Assembly (NCBI GenBank): GCA_013265495.1
Contig: MU057560.1
Coordinates: forward strand, 1,781,664-1,845,663
Source: Vicugna vicugna
Lineage: Eukaryota
DNA: 64,000 bases
Direction: 5' to 3'
Position 1 is the stretch's first letter. Every line of letters starts with the position of its first letter. The position numbers and the translations under genes were made by a program. Positions 1 to 12,872 of the stretch are shown piece after piece. The notes below the pieces were generated by a model. The model was not told the origin of the DNA, made no database searches, and saw only the letters and a program-made list of their open reading frames with translations.

Positions 1-129
1 ACCTGAGACTCTGGTTAAATGCCAGTACACCGAGCAGGCCATCACGGTTGTGTCTTTTAATCTTTGCAAGTTTAACTGAGCTCCACCAGGTAGTTCTGAT
101 AAAATCATAATCGTCATACTGTGAGTAGC

Positions 130-367
130 TGAGTGGCTAAAAGCAAAGGCATCAGAGCCAGCAGGAGCTCAACCAGGTTTTGCTGTTCAGTTAGCTGAGT
201 GATCTGTGCGAGCCCTTTGACCTCTCTCTGCACCCCAGTTTTCTCACCTGTAAGTTAGAGATGACTCAGAGTACCTCGTGGGGTGCAGTGAGGGTTAAAT
301 GAAATTGTGGAAATAAAAGACCTGACACAGTCCCTGCACAGAGAAAAGATTCAATTAATGGTAACTA
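130..367 (+). mobile_element. MIR SINE
   Basis: Core gacctctctctgcaccccagtttt-ctcacctgtaag and tail gtgagggttaaatga. Confidence 0.8.
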
Positions 368-442
368 GCCTTGTGAATCCGTCTGGAATACATCGATTCA
401 GGAAACTAAGTGGTGATCTTTTTCTCTTCAGTGTAAAGTAGA

Positions 443-592
443 GGATGTGGTGTGGGCAATGTGGACGGTGTAGATGGCGGGGACCGTGCGGGTGGTGTGG
501 ATGCTGCAGATGCTGTGGATGGTGTAGACTGTGTGGACTGTGTGGATGGCGTCGATGGCAGGGACCGTGTGCGTGGTGTGCATGGTGTGGCT
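443..592. repeat. Degenerate 9-bp minisatellite (GTGTGGATG-like)
   Basis: 9-nt periodicity; produces VDG, STP and His-Pro repeat ORFs in several frames. Confidence 0.85.
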
Positions 593-1782
593 GGACACAA
601 GTCTCCCAGAGGAGGAGTGGGGAGCAAAGGGGACAGGGGCTGTGGTCACCAAGAACTGTCAAAATGGGCTTCCTATTTTCCACGGGTCTTCCTCATTCAC
701 ATCCTTGGTCCTACACTTTAGGGAAATTTTAAGGAAGAACTCCCAGCTATAAGATTCTGCGGCTCTCCGTGTGATGCTGGAGTAAGAGTGAACAGCATTC
801 AAGAAAGGATTCAGGTACATGAACCCCGGATCCTTCTCATCTTCAGATTGCAGTTTTCTAGGTTCTCTGCTGAAATCCACAAAGATGACTCGGATAAGCT
901 AGTCAGTTACGTGCCTTGCACAGTGAGGTTCTGACTTGGGAGTTCCAGCTATTTGGACCAACCCATACTAGGTTGTGTTACAAAGACATGGTGGGTTATG
1001 TTAGACCATTTCAGGGAAGAGCAAAGGGAACGTGATCTTCCTTAGATAATCTATCCAGTCAACCCAGGCGTTACCAGAGGTCCCAGGAAAAGAAGGCAGT
1101 TTTAAGGAATTTTGAGTTCAAACTTGCTTCCGCCCCACAAACCCAAGGAGGTGGGACTGGAAGGTCTGCCAAGGGCAAGGGACAGTGGGGATCAGAGACA
1201 TCAAGTAACACCTCCAAGGTCACACAGATAACAAATGGTGGTGGCAGCCGTGGAATTCAAAGCTATTTTTTTTACTGCCCCAGGGAGTAAGAATGACCCC
1301 AAGATTCCAGGGACCCTCTCTGCAGCCATGATGGGGATTGGCTGAGCCTAACAAGGTGGGGACTTATTCCAAGCGCCTGCGGTAGGTTCATATGAAACGT
1401 CACAGTCTGGTACGAACCAGTGTTCCTGTTTCCATGATGAACTGCAAGATAAAAGCTCTTGTTTGTGTTAGCAAGAGGAAACTTCTCCAGGGGAGAAGAA
1501 AAAGAAGAAAAGACAACAAGTTCTTGATCTAAGCTGTGAGGAGAAAAGTCTGAATTGAATAACTCAGGACTCATTCTTTTCCCGAGAGAAAACAGCTCAC
1601 TTATGAGAAACGAGCTGGAAATCTCTGCACCTGGAGCAGCTTCCAGAGTCTTTCGTTCTGACCAGGTGGAGGGAGGGAAAAAAAAAAAGCTGATCCTCTG
1701 TTGGTGGATAAACAGTGACATCCAGTGGCCGATGAAACCTACCAATTGCATTCTCTCAATTCAACCATCTACTTAGAAAAAA

Positions 1783-1835
1783 ATTTTTTTAATTGAAGTG
1801 TAGTCAATTTACAATGTTGTGTTAATTTCTTTTTT
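1783..1835 (-). mobile_element. Short L1 3'-end fragment
   Basis: ttttttaattgaagtgtagtcaatttacaatgttgtgttaatttct is the reverse complement of the L1 terminus. Confidence 0.7.
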
Positions 1836-3779
1836 AACATTATGTATCTTGTTACAGGACAGATCTTCACTGAACACCTAGAAGACCCTAGATGCTAGGC
1901 TAGACATCACAGATGTTATATAACACCCTGCAGGCCCACAGGAATTTCCCCACCAAATATCTGGAATCTTGGGTCTTCTTCCAAATGCTCAAGGTGACCT
2001 CGCCAGAGAGGTCAGTGAGTTGAAAGTGAAATAAAAGGTTTTGCCTGGATCATCACCCGGCCAGGGCTCCCAGAGCCCAGCTGAGCATAAACCGCCCCGT
2101 CCTCCCCCGTGCACGCGGCTCCCCATAACAGCCGTTTGCTCACGTCGAGTATTCATCTTCAGGCCACGGCCAAGGTGGTCCTCCTGCCTTCACTGGACTA
2201 TCATGGTCGACCTGGGTTATTGTCTACTTTTGTGGTGAGTGAAGCATCACTCTCCTAACTCTCTTACAGCTGACTTGGGGAAATAAAACAACCCAGAAGA
2301 CGCTCAAGACTAGGTTTTCCACCGTGGACGGTACCCTTGGCATCCTCAAGCAATATGCTGACCTCGGTAAGGCTGAAGGTCTTTGTTACAAAACAAGGTC
2401 GCCCTTCCCCTCACACGCTGGGAGGAGTGCATGAACTTGTCTTGCTTTTTCTGGAGTCATGACCTGCGCCCTGCGCCCGCCCAGCTTCGAGCTTCGTGCC
2501 CAGCCACCCCTCAGTAAACGCTGTCTGCTCTTCCGCTCCGCTCTGCGCACCTGTTCACTATCCGAGAGTCAGGGTCCCTGCGAGGCTCCCCCAGTCCCAC
2601 CGGTCCTGCTTCTGCAGAGCCCGCATTTCCTACCGCACCCTCACACAGGAGCAAAGAGGCCACAAAGAGCAAGTCGCTTGCAGTGTCGGCCATTACACTA
2701 GAAAGCCTGTGTTTCAAACGTGTAGGCATAAATCATACCCAATCGTGGGGTGCTGTGGTTCCTAGACCTTATTTATGAATCCAGTCTTGCACAAAACGTC
2801 ACTATTTTCATTTGAGGTCAGATTCTTCCAAACCTTGAGGCATGCCTGGTTCAAGACTATGGTGCCAAGGAGCCTACAACTCTTCCAAAATTAATTCTTT
2901 AATGATTTCGCTCCAAACAGCAACCAAGTCAACACAAAGTCAGTTTTGCTCTTTTCTCTGATTGAATTAACCGAGGGTCTAACTGGACTCATTTTGCTTT
3001 AGGATGGGTGTGTGGCACTTGCGGTGCTGTGGCGTGTGTCCCTTCACTCCACTGAGGCGGCCCTCCGGAAATAAGGGGGCGTTTTGTTTATCCCAAGTGG
3101 GAAGTAAAGGGAAAGCGAAAGTAACGTGTGTGACACGTCATCGTGATGTGCCCTGACTCTGAATAAAAACATCATTAAAAACTACACCTTAAAAAAAGGT
3201 AAGTAACAAATGATCAGAGTTCAGACACCATAATTGTTGGATTTCAACCAACGTCTTTTAATTAAACCTGGAGTATGGCCACACTGGAGGCAGTTCGTGT
3301 TTTCTAATTCTTCATCTGAGATGAGAAGCATTAAAGATTCATGCTCTGTATTATACTTACTCCAACACAGAAATCAAGCGAGTTCTTCACGTGTTCAGTT
3401 ATAAGGTCATTATGTACCATTCTGTAAGCATTTTAGGGAATCAGGGCTTTCTGCCTTATATCAGTATTTTCGTGAGCCTTCAAAAAAATGTAGTTAATAG
3501 AGAGTATTCTTGAAACTGTGACATTTATTTTCCGAAACAAAAATACCAAAGGAAATCTACTGCTAATTTTTTAATCTGATTCCATAGCGGACACTGTGAG
3601 CAGACCTGGGTTTGCTCTTCCAAAACAAAGCAACAGCAGCGCCTCACGTTTGTACGGCACCTGCACTTCAGGAAGGTCCTTCTTCCCTGCTCGTCTCACG
3701 TTCTCCCTGAAACCTACGAGGCCGACAGGGAGGTATCAATAGCTCCACTTTTCAGATGAGGGGAGGAGGCCCAGGGGGT

Positions 3780-5030
3780 CAGAGGACAGCGCAGGGAGCG
3801 GTTGTGGTGTCCTCCGGGATGGGGCTGGCGGAGGCCCTCAGTGCTGAAACCGTCTCGCGCTTCGAAAAACGGAAAAGCGCCGTAAGACACCCCGTGGCCG
3901 GCGCTGAAGGCGCTGCCCTGGCCCGCCCGCCCCGAGGGGGGGCAGCTCTGCCGCCTTTGGGGCCAGCGCCCTGGGGCGTGCAGGGCGGATGCCGAAGCGG
4001 CAGGGCCCGAATCTGACGACGGGCTTGTGCTCCAGCGCCCGGGAGGACGAGGCGGATGTGCAGAAACGGAGGCGGAGGCGGGAACGGCTCCCAGCGGGAG
4101 AGCGAACGACGCGGGCTCCCGGCGGCTGCTACTCCGGCGCCGCCGCGTCGTGGCCGGGTGCGGACGGGCCGTGCTCTGCGCAGAGGTCTCCGTCTCGCGG
4201 GCACGCGAGGGGCAGAGCCCGCGGGCTGCGGGGCCGGGAGCCGTCCCGGAACGGCAGTGACGGCGGCCCCGGGCCGGGTCAAGGGGCGGCAAGCAGCCTG
4301 GGCCCGGAGCCGCGGCGCTCCCCGCGGGGCTCCGTGGAACCCTCGCGCGCCCTCGTTCCCGCCTTCCGGGTTTGCGTTCATTTCAACCTGACCAAGACGT
4401 TCGAGCGCCAGAGCGGAAACGCCGCTGCAGTCCTCCTGTCGCGCGTCACGCCGGGGCTCCAGCTGGCTTGTCCTGTTCAGTCAGGGGCACCCGGGGGGCT
4501 GCCGCGCCCGGCCCCCGCCGAGAGCCGCCCCGCGCGGGGCCCACTGTCCGGACGCACGGGCAGCGGGCCGGAGGCCTTTGCTCCGCTCCTCGCGGTCCTC
4601 CGGCCCGCCCGCAGCGGCCCTGTCCAAACTCCCCTCTCGCCCAGAGGAGGGAGGCGCCGGCGGGGCCGCAGCCGGAGGAGGGCGCCCGGCCGTTCCGCGC
4701 CGAGCGGGCCTCTGTGATTCTCGCCTTCACCGCCGCTTCCCGAGCGGCACGTGCTTCCGGACTGCACGCAGCAGCGAGGCCCGCCGGGACCGCGGTCGGG
4801 GCACGGCCAGCACCGCGCCGCCGGCCCAGCCGCAGCGCAGGCGGCAGCCCTGCCCGGAGGGACCCCGCCGGCGCCGGGACCGCGGCCCAAAGCGCTCAAC
4901 GGCGGCGGCTGCGCCGTTCGCGCGAGCGGCTGCCCCGAGAGCAGGAAGCGGAGAGAAGCGTCTGCTGTGTTCTCGCGATGCACCCAGGCTGCTGGGACGT
5001 GCAGGTCGCCCGACGCCAGAACAGAGCAGG
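3780..5030. promoter_or_regulatory. CpG island / probable promoter
   Basis: Very high GC and CpG density; ETS-like CTTCCGG motifs, CACGTG E-box near 4748, GC boxes. Confidence 0.85.
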
Positions 5031-5054
5031 GACATTAAAGAGGGGAGCCCTGTG

Positions 5055-5114
5055 TGACACAACATGGTAGAATGACTATAGCCCAATAAAAAATGTTTTA
5101 AAAAATTAAAGAAA
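5055..5114 (+). mobile_element. Ultra-short 5'-truncated L1 with 18-bp TSD
   Basis: TSD aaagagg(g/a)..agccctgtg at 5037-5054 and 5115-5132 (1 mismatch); L1 terminus plus A-tail. Confidence 0.75.
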
Positions 5115-5140
5115 AAAGAGGGAAGCCCTGTGGTGCCCCT

Positions 5141-5350
5141 TTTATTTATTATTATTGAGGTATAGTCAGTTTACGCTGTTGTGTCAATTTCTGGTGTGCA
5201 GCACAATGTTTCAGTGACACATATACATACATTCGTTTTCATATTCTTTTTCACTCTAGGTTACAGCAAGATACTGACTATAGTTATGGGGGGGAGGGAT
5301 AAATCAGACCAAGATACGCGGATACCGACCACTGTACATAAAATAGACAA
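5141..5350 (-). mobile_element. L1 3' end with inverted 5' segment
   Basis: 5141-5285 is a minus-strand L1 terminus; 5286-5350 is the adjacent upstream L1 3'UTR segment in plus orientation. Confidence 0.7.
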
Positions 5351-7025
5351 ATGCGTTCGTTCTGTAAGGCCTTTTCTGATTATCCAGTAATAACAGGGCT
5401 CTGTAACTTCATGGAGAAAACAAATGTTTTCTGTAAATTCAGTTGCCATCTGCTTAGAACATAAACCTGCTGGGTGAACCTGTTCTCTAACATGTAGAGA
5501 CTTTAGGAAGAGAGACAGAGAGCCATCTCGTGGTCCTAGAATGGCCCCCACACCTGCATGCTGACAGGAAAGAAATGGCAGAACACCTGCAACCAAATCG
5601 GGCTTCTCGCTGCAGGAACAGCCAATTTCCTTTGCAGTGCTTGTTTGTAACGGAGCATGCCACGTGATGAACTAACACCTTAAAAAGCATTTCACATTTT
5701 CAAAATGCAGCAGTACTGACATACAGTCATTTAAATAAATCTGTGCTTTCAACCCAATTCGCTCATTTGAGGAGATTAACAGATTCTCAGATAAGGAAGT
5801 TTACACTGTGAATGAATAAGGAGAGAGAAGGACTCCAGGGGGAAAATAAGAGAAATATTTTACACATCTATAAACTAAAAGCCTCGTTTTACTATAGCAA
5901 CATGAATAGCAGTACTTCAGTGAGTATCACGTGGGTCCCAACCCCATGTTCACAAGAGAGGTGGAAAGGAAATGATCATTTTTTTAACATAGTCTTATTT
6001 ATATTTATTAGTACTTTAATAATATTTTATTTTTAGGCCTCATGCACAAGTCAATGAGAGGAAATAATATAAAAAGTAACATAAAAGATGCCAACTGACA
6101 GAGATTTTTAAAGATATGCCTACCATCAGGGCCAATATTCCATTGAAACACTCGAACTGACTTACGGTGGGGGAATGACTGGATTAGGGCTGGAAATTTT
6201 TCGGAGGTTGCAGTCGGCTTTGCTGCTAAGATGGCCCAGCTACTTCCTGGACGCAGACCTCAGTTTCTGGTTCTGAGAACTGGACAAGCTGATCTGAAAG
6301 TTCCCTGAGGCGCCACATGCGATGCTCTCTGGAGGATGAAGTGAACGCCCACCTCGCTGGGCTGACGCTGGTCCACGCGATGCACAGCCCACCTCCCCAC
6401 ACTCCCCATGCTCATCTCCACCTCACTGTCAATCTGCAGACTGGACCAGCGTCATGACAACCTCTGTTGTGAAACCTCTCTTGAATCCAGCTCCCATGTG
6501 GAGAAACAGGGGAGGCTCTGAGCATCTCCAGCCCCTTCTTAGTGAAACTGCAGAACCAACCCAGACTGTGGTCCAGGCGACCAGCAGTTGCCCCCAGAGT
6601 GAAACAGTGCACAGTGACTGCAGCCTGGGGTTGACAACATACAGCTCATGGGGTCGGGGCCCACACAGGGTCGGGGCCCACGCAGGGTTGGCCTCGTACA
6701 GAAAGGGGAAAGCGATCTCTTCTCCTAACCGAGGGCGTCCACGAAGCCCGAGAAGCCGTTTCCAAAGTCCTTGAGGTTGTAACCAAAATGCCGAGGCTGG
6801 AGGGTGGGTCAGTCGGTGCCCCCTCACACCTGCCAGGAAGGCCACCTGAACCATCACAGGACAGGCACAGTGCCAACCCCCCAGGTAAGCATGAGCACGC
6901 CTGCTTTGGGAGACGACTCCTGGGCAAGGACATTACCTTGCTGCTGACACCAGCAGGAAAACGTGTTCGTGCATTTCTCACTGTGAAGTAAATGGTCAAA
7001 TGGCCTAAACAGAGCACACCAGCAT

Positions 7026-7628
7026 GCAGCCATTATGGACAACAGCACGGAGGTTCCTCAAAAAACTAAAGATAGGCCTATCATATGATCCAGCAGTCCC
7101 ACTTCCGGGCACATATCTGGAGGGAGCTCTAATTCAAAAAAACACATGCACTTCAGTGTTCATAGCAGAAGTATTTACAGTAGCCAAGACATGGAAGCAA
7201 CCTAAATGTCCATCAACAGATGACTGGATAAAGAAGTTGTGGTATATTTATGCAATGGAATGCTACTCAGCCATAAGAAATAAAAGAATGCCATCTGCAG
7301 CAACATGGATAGACCTGGAGATCATCATGCTAAATGAAATAAGCCAGAAAGAGAAAGAAAAATACCGCATGATATCACTTATATGTGGGGGGAAAAAAAC
7401 ACAAATGAACTTATTTACAAAACAGAAGCAGACTCACAGACATAGAAAACAAACTTACGGTTACCAGGGGGGATGAGGAAGGGAAGGGGTAAACTGGGAG
7501 TTCGAGATTTTCAGATACTAACTAATATATATAAAATAGATAAACAAGTTTCTTCTGTGTAGCCCAGGGAACTGTATTCAATACCTTGCAGTAACCTAAA
7601 ATGAAAAAAGAATATGAAAAACAAAAGA
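7026..7628 (+). mobile_element. L1 3' fragment (ORF2 C-terminus plus 3'UTR)
   Basis: ORF with AKTWKQPKCPSTDDWIKKLWYIY and ATWIDLEIIML motifs; approximate TSD agagcacaccagcat / aaagcacaccaacat. Confidence 0.95.
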
Positions 7629-9342
7629 AAAGCACACCAACATTTCCCAGTCCATCAGGGAGGATGATGCGCTCAGTGTCTCCAAGGGCCACCCCTGTCC
7701 TTGAGTCCCACCGGCCAGAGCTCAGACCGTCGGCAAACCTGGTTCCACGGGAGGCTGGAAGGGTGGTCGTCAGCTGGTACCTGGTTTCCGAGTGAAACTC
7801 AGGACTATCCCAACAGCAGGAAGCAGGGAGCGAACATCAGAGCCGTCCGGCCGTGCCTGCCACGCGCCGTCTGTGGACATAACCCCTTCCCCACAACTGT
7901 GACTCAGCCCCCCGTCAGCCCCAGGGTCTTACTGCAACATGCATTAATGCCACACTGTTGCTGAATTGAATTAGCATTATTTATCCCAATTGTTTAGCTT
8001 GAGATATAACAACTATGATCAATTAAAAGAGCCATCACCTACTGAGCAACTCCCTGTGTCCGCGGGGGTCCACTCGAGTACCCTAGTCCCCACACCCCGC
8101 CCCGTGGCTGCCTCTCGCTGCTCCCATGTGGTGGGTGGGCGGCTCTGACACAGCCGGGCTTCTGCGATGCCGGGCCCAGCTCTGGGCGCACCTGAGCCTC
8201 TGGGGCAGGGGTGTCGTCCCGGAGCTGCCCTGTCTCGCCTCTGCCCAGGGAACGCGGCACCCCCTAGAGACAACGCCGGCTGAAACGCCGCCTCCTCCAC
8301 CAGAAGCTCACTTAGGCAGCGCTCGCTCACCCCACGGTCACCCTGTTTCCAGACAATTCGGTGCGACCCACGACACGGCTCGCCTGCAAGAGCTCCACGT
8401 TTCTGGATCTGCAGGTTTAGGCTTTTAGGGCTGGACTACGAGCGACAAAGAGCAAAGAGATGGAAATAACAAATGAAGTACATCTGACTCCAGTGAGCGC
8501 CGGCGCTCGGACCCCATCGTCTGCTTAAACGTCAGCCTGCATCTTGGGGCTCAGTGTGTAACCATCACTCGTAAATTGTTTACCAGCCACCCCCAAGCGG
8601 GCGCTGCCCCCTCCAGCTCCTACGGTCACAGGCGTATCAGGGAATCTATGCTCGAAATTCAGTGATTCAGAGCACACCCCAGAAAAGCATTTTTCACCCT
8701 AAATGGAAGTCTTGGCTGGAGGCTTACAACAAGAAAAGCAAACAAGCAATTTGGAGACTGTCACACATTTCTGGGCAGCACGTCCCCAAAGCCGATAATT
8801 CTACAAGTGGGCAAAGCCAACCTCACCGGCCTTGCTCTGCTTCTTACACCAGTGCAGGCCACGGGAGCGGGGAGACTGGCCAGGGTGAGGATGCCCCTCC
8901 TCTGTCCAGGTGGGGCACCAGCCACAAGGATTGTCTCGACTCCCTAAGCAATCAAGAGGAGCAGAAATGCTACAGTGTTTCACATACACCTTCAGTTGTG
9001 GTGAGATGAGGGAATGTGAGTCCATGAGGTGAGGGTTTTATTCATGTTGTTCCAAGTGCCTAGAACAGTGTCTGAGGCATGATAATTGCTCAAAAATCTT
9101 GTTAGGTGAATGTTACGTCTTAAGCAACCCCAGTATCACTAACCGTGTCCATTTGTCTTCAGGATCCTTGCGTTTCCTTCAGGTGGCTTCTCCTCTCTGC
9201 ATGTCCCCATCAGCCTGGCCACCTGCCACCACCTCTGTCTTCTACCCTAGGACTCACAGTGGGGTTGACCACCCTGCCAATAACCCTCTGATCACCCAAG
9301 CTAAACAGAAAAAAGGAAAAGGAATTTTTCAGTGCGGACAGT

Positions 9343-9590
9343 TTAAGAGGCCTCTAGGACACCACATGCATTAACATCCCCTTGCAGGGGCCCCAGAAAG
9401 GGGGAGGAGAAGAACGTACTTGAAGACATAATAACTGAAAACCCTCGTGACCCGGGAAAGGAAACAGACTTCCAGGTCCAGACGTAGCGGAGTCCCAGAC
9501 ACGGGCAACTCAGCGAGGACCACACCAAGGTGCGCTGTAATCACAACGGCAAAAAAAGGACACAGAGAAGCTATTCGAAGCAGCAAGGGG
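9343..9590 (+). mobile_element. L1 ORF1 fragment
   Basis: ttgaagacataataactgaaaac and gaaaggaaacagacttccaggtccag resemble L1 ORF1. Confidence 0.65.
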
Positions 9591-10479
9591 AGCGTGACTG
9601 GGGACGTGCAGGAGAAGTCCCGTAGGGCCGTCGGCTGGCGGACGACGGGCACGTGTGTGCTCGTGGTGCAGAGAAGGCTCCCGTCAGGATCAGAGGGCAG
9701 AGGAGGACGGGTGCTTGTTTGGAGGGGCCGAGTCGTAAACCAGCGCATAACACACCACAGGCCCCTGCCCTCAGCCCTGACAAGGCGTGAGCTGCGCAAT
9801 TTCTCCAACACAGAGGGATCGCGATGCGCCCGCGGCTGGCTCCAGGAAGCTAGAGAACCAACATCGGATTGATGCAGTGCATTTAAGGGCTTTCATAACG
9901 GAGATTATTCACCTGTCAGGTAGCATCTGTCATCAGAGCACCTATTTGGAAAACTTTTACAATGCGTATTAGCTGCCTGATAGCCTGGCTGTAACAGCGC
10001 TCTTGAAATTACTGTCGTCTGTCATGTGTAGTGGAGGCTCAGATCTTTTTTTTAATGTGTATTATGGGTCCAGTGGAGCAAAACAGTTCCTCTGAGCCCT
10101 CCTGGTCCGTTCCATTGGTCCCTGTAAATCAGCCTGTAGCCTTGGCGCCTTACGAGACACGGCGGCCACGGCAACATGGAAATGTGATCAGACAAGACGG
10201 ATCAGCCTGGGGCGTGATAGCTGGCGGTGGCTCAGGTCTGCCTCCTGTTCCGATGCAGTTACTGTGACATTTGCTTCACTGCCCAACTTAACTTTCCTCT
10301 TCAGAAGCCCCTCTAAGACGGCACCTCACCTCCAGGAGGAGGGTGAGCGCTGTGGACGTTTCCCCTCTTAGCCTGTGAGCGCCCGAGGGCTTCGGAAGGA
10401 TGTGGAGGAAAAGGCAAGGACAGAGAGGTGGCCCTCTTTGGACGGTGATCTCTGAAGAGTCACCGGCTGAGGGATCTTG

Positions 10480-10557
10480 CGTGTGAGTGGGTGTGTGAGT
10501 GTGTGTGTGTGAGTGAGTGTGTGTAGGTGTGTGTGGGTGTGCGTGGGTGTGTGTACG
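10480..10557. repeat. Imperfect (GT)n microsatellite
   Basis: Direct inspection. Confidence 0.9.
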
Positions 10558-10676
10558 TGGCTTGGGGGTGGGTTAATTACCTATCCCTCACCCCCACCAC
10601 AAGCAAAAGTGAGAAACTCTTAAAAAGAAAACTGCCTGAAGGCCGCCTCCAAGCCATGCCTCTTCCCTGGAGTGAC

Positions 10677-10952
10677 TGTTATGGGCTGAACTGTGACTCC
10701 CACCCCAAACTGATACTTGAAGGTCGATCTCATCAGAACGTGAGAAAGTCGATCTCATCAGAACGTGAGTGCATTTGGAGATGGGACCTTTAAAGAGGCG
10801 ATTAAGTGCAGAAGGGGCTGTGAGGGCGGACTCTGATCCAGTACAGCTGTGTGCTTACAAGACGCGGAGGTTAGTACTCAGACGGCAGGAAGGCCACGTG
10901 AAGACGGGGGGAGGCTGCAACCCACAGGCCGAGGCAGAGGCTTCAGAGGAAA
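10677..10952 (+). mobile_element. MLT1 (ERVL-MaLR) LTR fragment with internal 22-bp duplication
   Basis: tgttatgggctgaactgtg start, tttggagatgggacctttaaagagg; gtcgatctcatcagaacgtgag occurs twice (10723 and 10748). Confidence 0.8.
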
Positions 10953-11615
10953 GGTGGGAATGTAGTTTGGTATAGCTTTTATGGAAAGCAGTACAGAGAT
11001 TCCTCAAAAACACTACAAATGGACTTACCATCTGAACCTGCAGTCCCACTGGGCATAAATCCAGAGGGAACCCTACTTCAAAAAGACAGCTGCACCCCAG
11101 TGTTCACAGCAGCACTGTTTACAACAGCCAAGACATGGAAGCCACCTAAATGTCCATCAACAGAGGACTGAATAAAGATGTGGTGTGTATACACACACAC
11201 ACACACACCAATGGAATACTGCTCAGCCATAAAAAAGGAATAAAATAATGCCATTTACAGCAACATAGATGGACCTGAAGATTGTCATTCTAAGAGAAGT
11301 AAGCCAGAAAGAGAAAGAAAAATGCCATAGGGTATCACTTACATGTGGTATCTTAAAAAAAGGACACAAACGAACATCTACAAACAGAAATATACCCACA
11401 GACACAGAGAACAAACTTATGGTTACCAGTGGGTAAAGGGGGTGGGAAGGGATAAACTGGGAATTCAAAAATCGCACCTCTTGGGGAGGGATGGAAATGT
11501 TAGCTGTCTTGATGTGGTGGTGGCTTCATGGTTCTGCACATCTATCAAAGTGCACATCTGGAATGTGTGTAGTTTACTGCAGAGGAATCCTACCACAATA
11601 AAGGTGCTTAAAAAA
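10953..11615 (+). mobile_element. L1 3' fragment followed by an older L1M 3' end
   Basis: gccaagacatggaagccacctaaatgtccatcaacagagg, aacaaacttatggttacc; then gatggaaatgtt..tcttgat..aataaa. Confidence 0.9.
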
Positions 11616-12079
11616 TGATATTGTATTAGCAAGATCCATAAGTGAACATCGTCATTTAATCACTGGAGTAATTTTGCCAAGAAGCAATGTTCAAAGATCC
11701 CACCAAGAAACTGAGAATTGTGCGGAGGTAAAACCCACACCCAATTGTCCCTTCTCTCTCCGTTATTTACACCCAGCTTCGTGTTTCCAAAGCTTTCTAT
11801 GGTGCGTGAGCTGGAATATAGATTGCTGAAGAATTTTTTCCAACTCTAAGAACCTGAAAATGAAGATTTTTATTGTCTGTATTCAATTATTGAATGACAG
11901 TTGAAAAACTGCCTTAATTGTGTGTTTGATCATAGAAAATCTAACGCAATTTACAACCCAGTATCTCAATCAGTAAAATATTGAATAGCATTATCTTAAA
12001 AACAAAAAGACTCCATCAACGTCTGAGTGTCTCCCACCCACAAAAGGAACACAAGATGTCTCAGACTTGCGGCCCTCCT

Positions 12080-12841
12080 GCCGGCTGGCTCCCTCCTCGT
12101 CCCCACGGGCAGGCCGCTCTCCCACGTCTCACTGTCAGCATTTCCTCGCGTCCCCCTGACTCCTCCCCTGCTCAGTTCGTCTCCAGTGGCTTCTGGTCGC
12201 TGAACTCAAGGTCAAGTTTCACTCCTCCTCGTGTGTGAGCAGGCGGCACTGCCCCCTCCGTAAAGCCCCCCTTCCCTTGGCTCCACGGCCCAGTCTCCTC
12301 CTGCCTCCCCAGGACTCAGCCTCCCCCAGTGGACGTCTTGGCCCTGGGTCCACATCTCTTCTCCCCCGGAGCTTTCTCCCTGGCCTTCCCGACCAGATCG
12401 ACCCCTTCACTCACCACCCACACAGCTGACACACATGCAATTCAAACATCCACTCCCCCAAAGGGCTCACTCTGCTCTGAAACTGAGCCCCGCTCTCTCG
12501 AGTGAGGACTGTTTGACGTGGACCCCAGAGACCAGCACCCCCTGCACCAGACTCCTCCCCTCCTCCTCACAACCTGGCCCCTCCCCGTCTCCCAGGCCTC
12601 ACCCAGCGGCAGCATCGTCCACCCATGCAGACCGGAAACTGAGACATCAGCCCAGATACCTCCCCCTATCTTGGGCCATAAATGCATTCACCACCAAGGC
12701 CCACAGGTCCACTTCCTAAAATAACTCATCAACTTCTCTGCTTTTCCTTCCACCACCCTGGTCCAACCTGCCATCATCCGTCACTCGGACACTGCAGTAC
12801 ATACACTGAATACAGATACATATCTAGATATAGACAGACAC

Positions 12842-12872
<31 letters not shown>

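Noticed and set aside
3714..5086. Long overlapping ORFs (up to 242 aa) in the CpG island
   Set aside because: Stop-poor GC-rich DNA; open on both strands, R/P/G/A-biased, no recognisable domain.
7024..7476. 150-aa ORF as a host gene
   Set aside because: It is the L1 ORF2 C-terminus of a truncated insertion.
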